Assembly (NCBI GenBank): GCA_963841755.1
Contig: CAWJDX010000009.1
Location: 10,880-74,879 of the forward strand
Source of the DNA: an uncultured Candidatus Rokubacteria bacterium
Lineage (GTDB): Bacteria > Methylomirabilota > Methylomirabilia > Rokubacteriales > CSP1-6
Direction of reading: 5' to 3'
DNA length: 64,000 bases
Position 1 is the first letter of the stretch; each line of letters starts with the position of its first letter. The position numbers and the translations under genes were made by a program. The notes under the pieces were generated by a model. The model saw only the letters and a list, made by a program, of their open reading frames with translations. It ran no database searches and was not told where the DNA came from. Positions 1 to 8,461 of this stretch are shown in pieces.

Positions 1-2
1 GC

Positions 3-1442
3 CGCCGGGTCTGGGTCATGGGCGAGGGGCTGGTCGAGGACGTCACCGTCCACCCGGCCACCCGTCCGATGGTCGACGAGTACGCCGCGTGGTACGACCG
101 CCACCACGATCCGGCGTGGCAGGACGTGCTCCTGACCGCGCCCGACGAGCGGGGCGCGCGCCGGCCGTGGGCTTTCGCTACGCCGCGGACCCCGGCCGAT
201 CTGCGCGCGATGGGCCGGAGCTACGCCGCGACGATCTTCCTCACCGCGGGCAACATGACCCACACCCCCGGCTACGGGAACCTCATCGCGCTCGGCATCC
301 AGGACGTGGTCCGGCAGCGCAAGGTCTCGCCCGAGCAGGGCGCGAGCGCCGCGGCGTATCGCGACCTGCTCGCCCGCACCGGACGCTTCCTCACGTTCTC
401 GGCCGGCGCGGCCACCATCGGCTACCGGCTCCGCGAGGATCCCGACCAGCGGGCGGCGCTCCGCATCGTCCGCGAGACCGGCGCCGGCCTCGTGCTGAGC
501 GGCAAGGTGGGCATGCACACGAGCCCGGTCTACGCGGAGGACGTCTACGTCGGCGCGCACTCCGGGGTGGATCGCGACGGCCACCGGGCCACGTTCATCG
601 TGCCGGTGAACGCGCCCGGCGTCACCGTGCTGTGCCGCAAGGTCTCGGCCCGCCACGCGAACCCGTTCCTCGCGCCGCTCAGCAGCCGCTTCGACGAGCT
701 GGACGGGCAGCTCTGGCTCGAGGAGGTGCTGGTGCCGTGGGAGCGCGTGTTCCTCACCGAGGCGTCGCCCGATCCGATCGCGGCGTGGTGCTTCTGGCAT
801 CAGCTCTACGCCTGGCTCGCGAAGGCCGAGTTCACGCTGGGGCTCGCGCTGGCGTGCGCCCACGCGATGGGCCTCCGGGACCACGAGCCGACCATCGAGC
901 ACCTGATGGACCTGGTGGTCGACGTGCAGACCGTCCGGAGCTGCCAGACCGCGGCCGAGCTGGATCCGGACGTCTCGGAGGAGGGCTACTGCATGCCCGG
1001 CCGCGCCCACGTGGCCGCGGGCAGCATCGCGATGCAGAAGGCGCGGCAGCGCATGGCGGAGATTCTGCGGATCGTGCCCGGCTCGTCGCTCGTGGTGGCG
1101 CCGTCGGACAAGGACCTGACCTCGCCCGAGGTGGGCGCCGGCCTCGAGGAGTCGTTCGGCGGGGGCGAGTACACCGCGCTGCAGCGCGCGGCCCTGCTCC
1201 AGCTGGCCGCCGACCACGTGGCCTCGGCGCTGGACGGCCGCGAGTCCGCGTTCGAGCTGCACGCCAACGGCGGGCTCGTGGCCTGGCGCGCCCGTCTCCG
1301 GCGCGCGTTCCCCGACTACAACGCGCTCGCCAACGGCGTGCTGCGCGCCCTGAGCCTCGACATGCCGGCGATCGACCTGGACTCGCTCCGTGCGATCGCC
1401 CTGCCGCAGCGCCGCCCGGTTTCGCCTCCGCGCCGGGCCTAG
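3..1442 (+). CDS. 4-hydroxyphenylacetate 3-hydroxylase family flavin monooxygenase, oxygenase component (HpaB-like), 5' partial
   Basis: Frame is open from the window edge (RRVWVMGE..VEDVTVHPATR). Family-like segments LSGKVGMHT, ATFIVPVNAPGV, LSSRFDELD and FELHANGG. Confidence 0.75.
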   Translation, partial: RRVWVMGEGLVEDVTVHPATRPMVDEYAAWYDRHHDPAWQDVLLTAPDERGARRPWAFATPRTPADLRAMGRSYAATIFLTAGNMTHTPGYGNLIALGIQDVVRQRKVSPEQGASAAAYRDLLARTGRFLTFSAGAATIGYRLREDPDQRAALRIVRETGAGLVLSGKVGMHTSPVYAEDVYVGAHSGVDRDGHRATFIVPVNAPGVTVLCRKVSARHANPFLAPLSSRFDELDGQLWLEEVLVPWERVFLTEASPDPIAAWCFWHQLYAWLAKAEFTLGLALACAHAMGLRDHEPTIEHLMDLVVDVQTVRSCQTAAELDPDVSEEGYCMPGRAHVAAGSIAMQKARQRMAEILRIVPGSSLVVAPSDKDLTSPEVGAGLEESFGGGEYTALQRAALLQLAADHVASALDGRESAFELHANGGLVAWRARLRRAFPDYNALANGVLRALSLDMPAIDLDSLRAIALPQRRPVSPPRRA

Positions 1443-1447
1443 GTGGC

Positions 1448-1496
1448 CCCCTCACCCCGCGCCCCTCACCCTGCCCTCTCCCCGGAGGGGAGAGGG
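1448..1496 (+). repeat. REP-like palindrome, family A (cccctcaccctgccctctcccc-gga-ggggagaggg), intergenic between convergent genes
   Basis: Perfect 10-bp stem (1474-1483/1487-1496) with a 3-nt loop, and a duplicated cccctcacc module (1448, 1462). Nearly identical copies at 5519-5562 and 5949-5992. May also act as a terminator. Confidence 0.85.
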
Positions 1497-1509
1497 TGGG
1501 TGGAGGAGG

Positions 1510-3120
1510 TTACTTGCCTTCGAGGGCGGCGAGGGGGGCGTAGTCGGCGGTGGAGCCGTGGCCGCCCGCGAACTTCGCGGGCTCGATGCCGGCCTTCTTC
1601 ACGCCCGCGACCAGCGCGGCGAGACCCGGGTTGAGCTTGTCCGGCAGCGGCCCCGCGCCCGGGCTCCAGATGTCGGTCGCGTAGGCGAGCTTGGCGTCGG
1701 GGACGAAGCCGATCAGCAGGCCCTGCGCGTGCGGGTTGGGCTCGATCGCGTAGACCTGCACCTCGCGCTGCCCGTCGATGATCGAGTACTTGTCCGCGAC
1801 CTCGACGATCGGGGTGCGGGAGAGATCCTGCGGCGAGAGATCGGGGTTGCGCGTGTACGGCGCGGCCAGCACGCGGCGATAGTGCTCGGTGGTGCCCTTG
1901 CCCACGACCAGCGTGGCCCCCGTGCTCGCGTAGGCCCGGAGCCCGCCCGCGTGGTCCATGTGGTGATGGGTGAGCACGAGGTACTTCACGGGCTTGCCCA
2001 GGTACTTCGCGCGCAGCGTGCTGAGCGTCCAGTTCGACTGCCAGTCGGAGACCGGCGAGTCGAACACCACGAGCGAGTCCTTCATCTCCACGACCAGGCT
2101 GTTGTGCGAGCCGCCCACCACGTGCTGGATGCCGGGGCCCAGCTCCACCAGGCGCAGGCTGCCGGTCGCCCGCCGGTCGAAGCTCGGCGCCTCCGAGTCG
2201 AGATAGGTGCCGATGAACTGGCGGCGGATGACCCACTGGTACGGCACGTTGCGGTCGGCGGGCCCGGCCGCTCCCTCGCGGAACGCGGCGGGGATCGCCA
2301 CCCGGTCGGCGGCGACCGGCGCGTTGATCTTGACCTCGGTGATCTTGGCGTCGACCACGGTGCGGCCGTTCAGCTCGTACTTCTGCGACGTGGCGACCTG
2401 CACGCCCTCGACCACCTGCCAGTCGGCCAGCACCAGGTCGTAGGTGACGTCGCCCCAGATGTTGTCGTAGTCGAGCGTGCGCACCCGCGCGGGCAGACCG
2501 GTGGTGCGGTCGAACATCACGGTGAAGGTCTGGGTGACCGCGCGGTAGGTCACCGCCGGGTAGCTGGCGCCGCCCACCGTGACGTCCCGGGTGGCCGCGA
2601 CGCGGTCGGGGTTCTTCGACATCTCGAGCAGCAGCACCGGCGAGGTGCGGAGCAGCTCGCGCTGGACGGCGGCCAGCCGCAGACTCGACATGGAGTGCGC
2701 GGGCGGGTTCGACTCCAGGCTCTGCTTGTTGCGCCCGCTGCTGTCGATGCCGGCCACGTAGCCGGCCTCCGCGGTGACGATCTCGCTGAAGGTGTAGGAC
2801 CGCGGCGCCGGGTACTCGTACTTGCGCACCCAGTCCATGCGGGTCGCGCGGCCGCTCACGTCGGTGTCCATCACGAGCGTCGACTCGTTGGCGAAGCGCA
2901 TCTCCCCGCCGGCCACCGCGGACTGCTCGGGCTCCCAGTAGCGCACCGTCGCCTTCTGGGAGACGGTCTTGACCGCGGTCAGCGCGTCGGCGCCGCCCTG
3001 GGCCTGGAGGCCCCGGGCCACGAGGTCCGGGCCGCCGCCCGACATGGAGGCGCAGGCGGCGACGACCAGCGCGATGACCAGCGAAACGGCGAGCGTCGTT
3101 GCGGCACGCTTCGTCTTCAT
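1510..3120 (-). CDS. MBL-fold metallo-hydrolase with N-terminal extension, probable lipoprotein
   Basis: Signal peptide with lipobox VVAAC. THHHMDH metal motif, with downstream H (PHAQG, GGHG). Confidence 0.8.
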   Translation of the reverse strand: MKTKRAATTLAVSLVIALVVAACASMSGGGPDLVARGLQAQGGADALTAVKTVSQKATVRYWEPEQSAVAGGEMRFANESTLVMDTDVSGRATRMDWVRKYEYPAPRSYTFSEIVTAEAGYVAGIDSSGRNKQSLESNPPAHSMSSLRLAAVQRELLRTSPVLLLEMSKNPDRVAATRDVTVGGASYPAVTYRAVTQTFTVMFDRTTGLPARVRTLDYDNIWGDVTYDLVLADWQVVEGVQVATSQKYELNGRTVVDAKITEVKINAPVAADRVAIPAAFREGAAGPADRNVPYQWVIRRQFIGTYLDSEAPSFDRRATGSLRLVELGPGIQHVVGGSHNSLVVEMKDSLVVFDSPVSDWQSNWTLSTLRAKYLGKPVKYLVLTHHHMDHAGGLRAYASTGATLVVGKGTTEHYRRVLAAPYTRNPDLSPQDLSRTPIVEVADKYSIIDGQREVQVYAIEPNPHAQGLLIGFVPDAKLAYATDIWSPGAGPLPDKLNPGLAALVAGVKKAGIEPAKFAGGHGSTADYAPLAALEGK

Positions 3121-3224
3121 ATGGGGGTCCCCTCCGGGGGTGTTTGGTTGCCGGACAGTATAGCCGAGGCCATGCCGAGGGTGCGCTCTTGGGATAGGAT
3201 AGGCAGCCGGCGGCCACCACGAAG

Positions 3225-4253
3225 GTGCACCGGAGCGGAGGCGTCATGACGGGGGTCGGGCTCGGGCAGGGGGGAGCGGTGTCGCGCCGGGCCGTGCTCG
3301 CCCTGCTGCCGGGCCTGCTCGCCCTCTGGGCGTCCCCCGCACTGGCCCAGCGGTCGGCCGGCCCCGCCCGCATCGGCTGGCTCTCGTACATCAGCCAGCC
3401 CGACGTGGGCCTGACGAACCTCCGGGAGGGGCTCGGCGAGCTGGGATACGTCGAGGGCAAGGGCTACGTGCTGATCCCGCGCTTCGCGGACGGGGACTTC
3501 ACCCGGCTCCCCAGGCTGGTCGACGAGCTGATGGTCGAGCGCATCGACGTGCTGGTCTCGCGCGGCCCCTCGGTGGACTACACGGTGCCGGTCCGGTCCC
3601 GCGTGCCGGTGGTGTTCGCCTACAGCGGGGATCCGGTCGCGGCCGGCTTCGCGGACAGCCTGGCCAAGCCCGGGCGCAACATGACCGGCATCACGTTCAT
3701 GGCGCTCGAGCTCTCGGCCAAGCGGGTCGAGGTGCTGAAGGAGCTGGTGCCGCAGGCCACCCAGATCGCGCTGCTCTCGAACCCGGAGCACGCGGGCGAG
3801 CTCGCGGAGTACAAGGTGACCGAGGACGCGGCCCGCCGCGTCGGCGCCACCATCACCCGCTTCCTGGCCCGGAGCCCCCGCGAGCTGCCGACCGTGTTCG
3901 ACGAGATCCGCGCCGCGCGCCCCGGGGCCATGCTCGTGTTCCCGGATTCCCTCACGCTCGCGCGCCGCCAGGAGATCGTGGACTTCGCGGCCCGGGAGCG
4001 GATCCCCAGCATGTTCGGCTGGACCGAGTTCACCGACGTCGGCGGCCTCGCGTGCTACGGGCCGAGCGTGCTCCCGAGCTTCAAGCTCCTGGCCAAGTTC
4101 GTGGACAAGGTGCTCAAGGGCGCCGAGGCGGGCAAGGTGCCCATCGAGCAGGTCAGCCGCATCTCGCTGACGATCAACATGACGACGGCGCGCCGGATGG
4201 GCCTGGCCGTGCCGTCGTCGGTCCTGGCCCGGGCCGATCGCGTCATCGAATAG
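3225..4253 (+). CDS. Orphan ABC transporter substrate-binding protein (ABC_sub_bind / Trp-Tyr-binding type)
   Basis: SRRAVL signal-like N-terminus, GDPVAAGF..SLAKPGRNMTG and C-terminal LARADRVIE. The start may be 3246. Confidence 0.8.
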   Translation: MHRSGGVMTGVGLGQGGAVSRRAVLALLPGLLALWASPALAQRSAGPARIGWLSYISQPDVGLTNLREGLGELGYVEGKGYVLIPRFADGDFTRLPRLVDELMVERIDVLVSRGPSVDYTVPVRSRVPVVFAYSGDPVAAGFADSLAKPGRNMTGITFMALELSAKRVEVLKELVPQATQIALLSNPEHAGELAEYKVTEDAARRVGATITRFLARSPRELPTVFDEIRAARPGAMLVFPDSLTLARRQEIVDFAARERIPSMFGWTEFTDVGGLACYGPSVLPSFKLLAKFVDKVLKGAEAGKVPIEQVSRISLTINMTTARRMGLAVPSSVLARADRVIE

Positions 4254-4262
4254 CGCCAACCA

Positions 4263-5264
4263 GTGGTGAAGGAGACGCTCATGGGCGAGCGAGAGCTGAC
4301 GTACGGGGACGCGGTCAAGGAAGCCATCGCGGAGGAGATGCGGCGCGACCCGCGCGTCTTCATCATCGGGGAGGACATCGCGGAGGCGGGCCATCCCTTC
4401 AAGACCCTGGTCGGGCTGGTGCAGGAGTTCGGCACCGAGCGCGTGATCGACACGCCGATCTCCGAGCCCGGCTACGCGGGCATCGGCGTCGGCGCGGCCA
4501 TGACCGGCATGCGCCCGGTGGTGGACGTGATGTTCGGCGACTTCATCACCCTGACCATGGACCAGATGGTGAACCAGGCCGCCAAGGCGCACTACATGTC
4601 GGGCGGCAAGATCAAGGTGCCGATCGTCTTCCGCACCACGCTCGGGGCCACCCGCCGCTCGGCCGCCCAGCACTCGCAGTCGCTCCACGCCTGGGTGAGC
4701 CACATCCCCGGCCTCAAGGTGGCGCTGCCCTCCGGCCCCTACGAGGCCAAGGGGCTCATGAAGACCGCCATCCGCGACGACAGCCCGGTGGTCATCTTCG
4801 AGGACAAGATGATGTACCGGATGAAGGGCCCGGTGCCGGAGGGCGACTACACGATCCCGTTCGGCGTCGCCGAGGTGAAGCGCGCGGGCAAGGACATCAC
4901 CATCGTCGCCACCAGCAGCATGGTGGGCGTGGCGCTCGGCGCGGCCAAGATGCTGGAGGACGCGGGCATCAGCGCGGAGGTGATCGACCCGCGCACCACC
5001 TGGCCGCTCGACAAGCAGGCGCTGATCGAGTCGGCCAAGAAGACCTCGCGCGCGCTGGTGGTGGACGAGGGCTACGAGCGCTACGGCGTCACCGCCGAGA
5101 TGGCCGCGGTCATCGCGGAGGGCGCCTTCTACTACCTGGACGCGCCGGTCAAGCGCATGGGCGCCATGGACGTGCCGGTGCCGTTCTCCCCCGTGCTCGA
5201 AGACCTCACGGTCCCGTCGGAGAAGACCGTCTTCGAGGCCGCCCGCACCCTATGCCGCAAGTAA
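4263..5264 (+). CDS. 2-oxoacid/acetoin dehydrogenase E1 beta subunit
   Basis: GEDIA, DTPISE, AAQHSQS and EVIDPRT motifs. ATG alternative at 4281. Confidence 0.92.
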   Translation: MVKETLMGERELTYGDAVKEAIAEEMRRDPRVFIIGEDIAEAGHPFKTLVGLVQEFGTERVIDTPISEPGYAGIGVGAAMTGMRPVVDVMFGDFITLTMDQMVNQAAKAHYMSGGKIKVPIVFRTTLGATRRSAAQHSQSLHAWVSHIPGLKVALPSGPYEAKGLMKTAIRDDSPVVIFEDKMMYRMKGPVPEGDYTIPFGVAEVKRAGKDITIVATSSMVGVALGAAKMLEDAGISAEVIDPRTTWPLDKQALIESAKKTSRALVVDEGYERYGVTAEMAAVIAEGAFYYLDAPVKRMGAMDVPVPFSPVLEDLTVPSEKTVFEAARTLCRK

Positions 5265-5271
5265 TTCTCTG

Positions 5272-6653
5272 ATGGCGACCAACGTCATCATGCCCGCGCT
5301 CGAGCTGGCCCAGGAGACCGGCAAGCTCCTGCGCTGGATCAAGGCGCCGGGCGACACGGTGCGCAAGGGCGAGCCCATCGCCGAGATCGAGACCGACAAG
5401 GTCACGATCGAGCTCGAGGCCCCCGCCTCCGGCGTCCTGAGCGCGGTCACCGCCCAGGAAGGCGACGTCGTCCCCGTCGGCCACACCATCGCCCAGATCG
5501 CCGCCCCCAACGAAGCCGCCTCCCCCCTCTCCCCTCTGGGGAGAGGGCAGGGTGAGGGGCCCAAAGGTGAGGGGCCCAAAGGTGAGGGGCCCAAAGGTGA
5601 GGGGCCCGCGCCGAAGCGCCCCCCGGCGACACGCGCCCGAAAGCCTCCCCCCTCGCCCGCAAGATCGCCGAGGAGCACGGTGTCGACCTCGCCCGCGTCA
5701 AGACCGCGAGCGGCAAGATCGAGAAGGCCGACGTGCTCGCCTTCGTCGAGAGCCAGCGCGTGGTCGCGGCGCCGACGAATGGCTCGGCGGGGCGCCTCGT
5801 CGCCGCGTCGCCGAAGGCGCGGCGGCTGGCGGCGGAGCGCGGGATCGATCTGCGCGCGCTGAAGGGGTCGGGGCCGGGGGGCGCGGTGCTGACGCTGGAT
5901 GTGCCGGAGGCCACTGCGCCTTCCACCACTACCAAGCCCCTCACCACCGGGCCCCTCACCCTGCCCTCTCCCCAGAGGGGAGAGGGGGGAGGGGTGGGGA
6001 CGGTGTGGCGGATCATGGCGGAGCGGATGACCGCGTCGTGGACGAGCGCGCCGCACTTCTACCTGGTGCGCGAGGTCAACGTGACGCGGCTGGCCGCGTG
6101 GCTTCAGACGGCGCGCAAGCAGACGGGCGCGCACGTCACGTACACGGACCTGCTGGTCAAGCTGGTGGCGGCCACGCTGGCCCAGCACCCGCGCGTGAAC
6201 GTGTCGTGGAAGGACGGCACGCTCGAGCGTCACGCCGACATCAACATCGGCCTGGCCGTCGCGCTGGAGGACGGGCTCGTCGTCCCGGTGCTCCACAAGG
6301 CCGACACGCTGGGGCTCAAGGAGATCGCCACCCGTCGCGAGGACCTGGTGACGCGGGCCCAGTCCGGCAAGCTGCGGCCGGCCGACATCCAGGGCGGCGT
6401 CTTCACGATCAGCAACCTCGGCATGTACGGCGTGGACGCGTTCAGCGCCATCGTCAATCCGCCGCAGGCCGCGATCCTGGCGGTGGGCCGCATCACCGAT
6501 CGCGTCGTCCCGGTCAACGGCCAGCCGGCCGTGCAGCCGACCATGGTGCTCACGCTGTCCTGCGACCATCGCGCCCTCGACGGCGCCCGGGGCGCCCAGT
6601 TCCTCGGGGCGCTCGCGGATCTCGTCGAGGAGCCGCTGGCCCTGCTCGTCTGA
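5272..6653 (+). CDS. Dihydrolipoamide acyltransferase E2 (lipoyl domain, two PSBDs, catalytic domain); one frameshift near 5620
   Basis: ETDKV lipoyl-Lys, two PSBDs (KASPLARKIA; AASPKARRLA), catalytic DHRALDG. One C is missing in the C run 5619-5624; adding it joins ORF 5272 to the frame of ORF 5733. Confidence 0.9.
5519..5607 (-). repeat. REP-like family A copy inside the E2 linker, with 15-bp tandem tail (ggtgaggggcccaaa x3 + partial)
   Basis: 5519-5562 is the exact 44-bp reverse complement of 5949-5992. The tandem units at 5551, 5566, 5581 and 5596 encode GEGPK repeats. Confidence 0.9.
5937..5992 (+). repeat. REP-like family A copy inside the second E2 linker
   Basis: cccctcacc duplicated at 15-bp spacing (5937, 5952), followed by a 10-bp hairpin. 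Translates as PLTTGPLTLPSPQRGEGG. Confidence 0.9.
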
Positions 6654-6666
6654 GGATAATTCGGAC

Positions 6667-7971
6667 ATGGCATTCACCGACCGCTACGGCCTGACCGTCA
6701 CGACCGATTCACCCGTCGCCTTCGAGCGCTTCCAGAAGGGCATGGACGACCTGCTGTCCTACGGCCCCACCGGCGAGGAGCGGATGGCCGAGGCGCTCCA
6801 GGCCGATCCCGGCCTCGCGGTGGCGCACGCCGGCGTCGCGCTGATGGCGCTGGTGCAGGGCGACGCGGCCACCGCGCGCGACGCCATGGCCCGCGCGCGC
6901 GAGACGGTGGGCGGCGCCACCCGGCGCGAGCGGCAGCACGTGGAGGCGCTCTCCGCCTTCGTGGGCGGCGAGAGCGCCCGCGGCTTCGCGCTCGCGGACG
7001 AGCACGTCAAGGACTTCCCGCGCGACGCGGTGCTGGTGAACCAGGTGAGCAGCGCCATCGCCCTGGCCGGGGCCGCCGATCGCGAGGAGCACCGGGTGGG
7101 CTTCATGGAGCGGCTCGCCCCCGCCTACGGCGACGACTGGTGGTACCAGTCCGCGCTCGCGTTCACCTACCACGAGGTGGACCGCTTCGAGGAGTCGCGG
7201 CGCCTCTCGGAGGCCTCGCTCCGGCAGTACCCGCGCAACGCGCACGCCTCGCACAACCTGGCCCACATCGCGTTCGAGACCCTCGACGTCGCGGCGGGCG
7301 CCGCCTTCCTCGACGAGTGGATGGCGGGCTACGACCGGCGCGCGTCGTTCCACTGCCACCTGGCCTGGCACCAGGCGATGTTCGCGCTCCACGAGGGCCG
7401 CTACGCGAAGGCCCTCGACATCTTCGAGCGCGACATCCTGCGCTCGGGCAACCCGCGCTCGGCGATGACCGACGGCACCGCGCTGCTCTGGCGGGTGAAG
7501 CTCGACGGCGCGAGCGAGCAGCCGCTGCCCTGGCGATCCCTGGCCGAGCTGGCCGCGAAGGTCTCGCGCCCCGGCTTCCTCTTCGGCGAGGTGCACGCCG
7601 CCTTCGCCTACGCCGCGTGCGGCGACGAGGCGGCGCTGGCGAAGATGATGGACGGCCTGCGGGCGCTGGGCGCGAAGGGCCATCCGATCGCGGCCAGCCT
7701 CGTGCTGCCGCTGGTGCAGGGGACCGCCGCGTTCGCGGCGGGCGACCACGCGGGGGCGCTGCGCCTCTTCGAGCCGGTCGAGGCCGAGATGCACCGCATC
7801 GGCGGCAGCCACGCCCAGTGGGAGATCTACGAGGAGACCATGGTGCAGTGCTACCTCGCGCTCGAGCGCTACGACGACGCCACGCGCCTCGTGCGCCGCC
7901 GCCTCGCGCGCCGCGCCTCGCCGCGCGATCAGCAGTGGCTCGCCCGCGCGAGCCGCGGGCCGGCGGCGTGA
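6667..7971 (+). CDS. TPR protein, TTC38-like family
   Basis: Helical TPR pattern. HASHNLAH, HCHLAWH and RIGGSHAQ are typical of TTC38-like proteins. Confidence 0.75.
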   Translation: MAFTDRYGLTVTTDSPVAFERFQKGMDDLLSYGPTGEERMAEALQADPGLAVAHAGVALMALVQGDAATARDAMARARETVGGATRRERQHVEALSAFVGGESARGFALADEHVKDFPRDAVLVNQVSSAIALAGAADREEHRVGFMERLAPAYGDDWWYQSALAFTYHEVDRFEESRRLSEASLRQYPRNAHASHNLAHIAFETLDVAAGAAFLDEWMAGYDRRASFHCHLAWHQAMFALHEGRYAKALDIFERDILRSGNPRSAMTDGTALLWRVKLDGASEQPLPWRSLAELAAKVSRPGFLFGEVHAAFAYAACGDEAALAKMMDGLRALGAKGHPIAASLVLPLVQGTAAFAAGDHAGALRLFEPVEAEMHRIGGSHAQWEIYEETMVQCYLALERYDDATRLVRRRLARRASPRDQQWLARASRGPAA

Positions 7972-7984
7972 AGGCGGGCTGACA

Positions 7985-8461
7985 ATGGCCAAGCTCACGC
8001 TCAAGGTGAACGGCACGAGCCGGGAGGTCGAGTCGGACGATCCCGACATCCCGCTGCTGTACGTCCTGAGGGGAGATCTCGGGCTGACCGGCACCCACTT
8101 CGGCTGCGGCCTCGCGCAGTGCGGGGCGTGCACCGTGCTGGTCGGCGGCCGCGCGGTCCGCTCGTGCATCGCGCCGGCGCGCTCGGTGGTCGGCCAGGAG
8201 GTGGTGACGATCGAGGGCCTGGGCTCGCCCGAGCGCCCCGATCCGGTGCAGGCCGCGTTCATCGCGGAGCAGGCCGCGCAGTGCGGGTACTGCACCGCCG
8301 GCATGGTCATGAGCGCGCGCGCCCTCCTGGCGCAGACGCCCCGCCCGACCGAGCAGCAGGTGCGCGAGGGCCTGGCCGGCAACCTCTGCCGCTGCGGCAG
8401 CCACGCGCGCGTGATCCGGGCGGTGCTCCGCGCGGCCGCCGCCACCCCGAGGGCGCGCTGA
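7985..8461 (+). CDS. (2Fe-2S)-binding small subunit of a xanthine-oxidase-family enzyme (IorA-like)
   Basis: GCGLAQCGACT..C, AQCGYCT and NLCRC motifs. Confidence 0.92.
   Translation: MAKLTLKVNGTSREVESDDPDIPLLYVLRGDLGLTGTHFGCGLAQCGACTVLVGGRAVRSCIAPARSVVGQEVVTIEGLGSPERPDPVQAAFIAEQAAQCGYCTAGMVMSARALLAQTPRPTEQQVREGLAGNLCRCGSHARVIRAVLRAAAATPRAR

Noticed and set aside
5551-5607. GEGPK repeats as a collagen-like or functional protein repeat
   Set aside because: The period is 5 residues, not Gly-X-Y. The DNA is the duplicated tail of the palindromic element.
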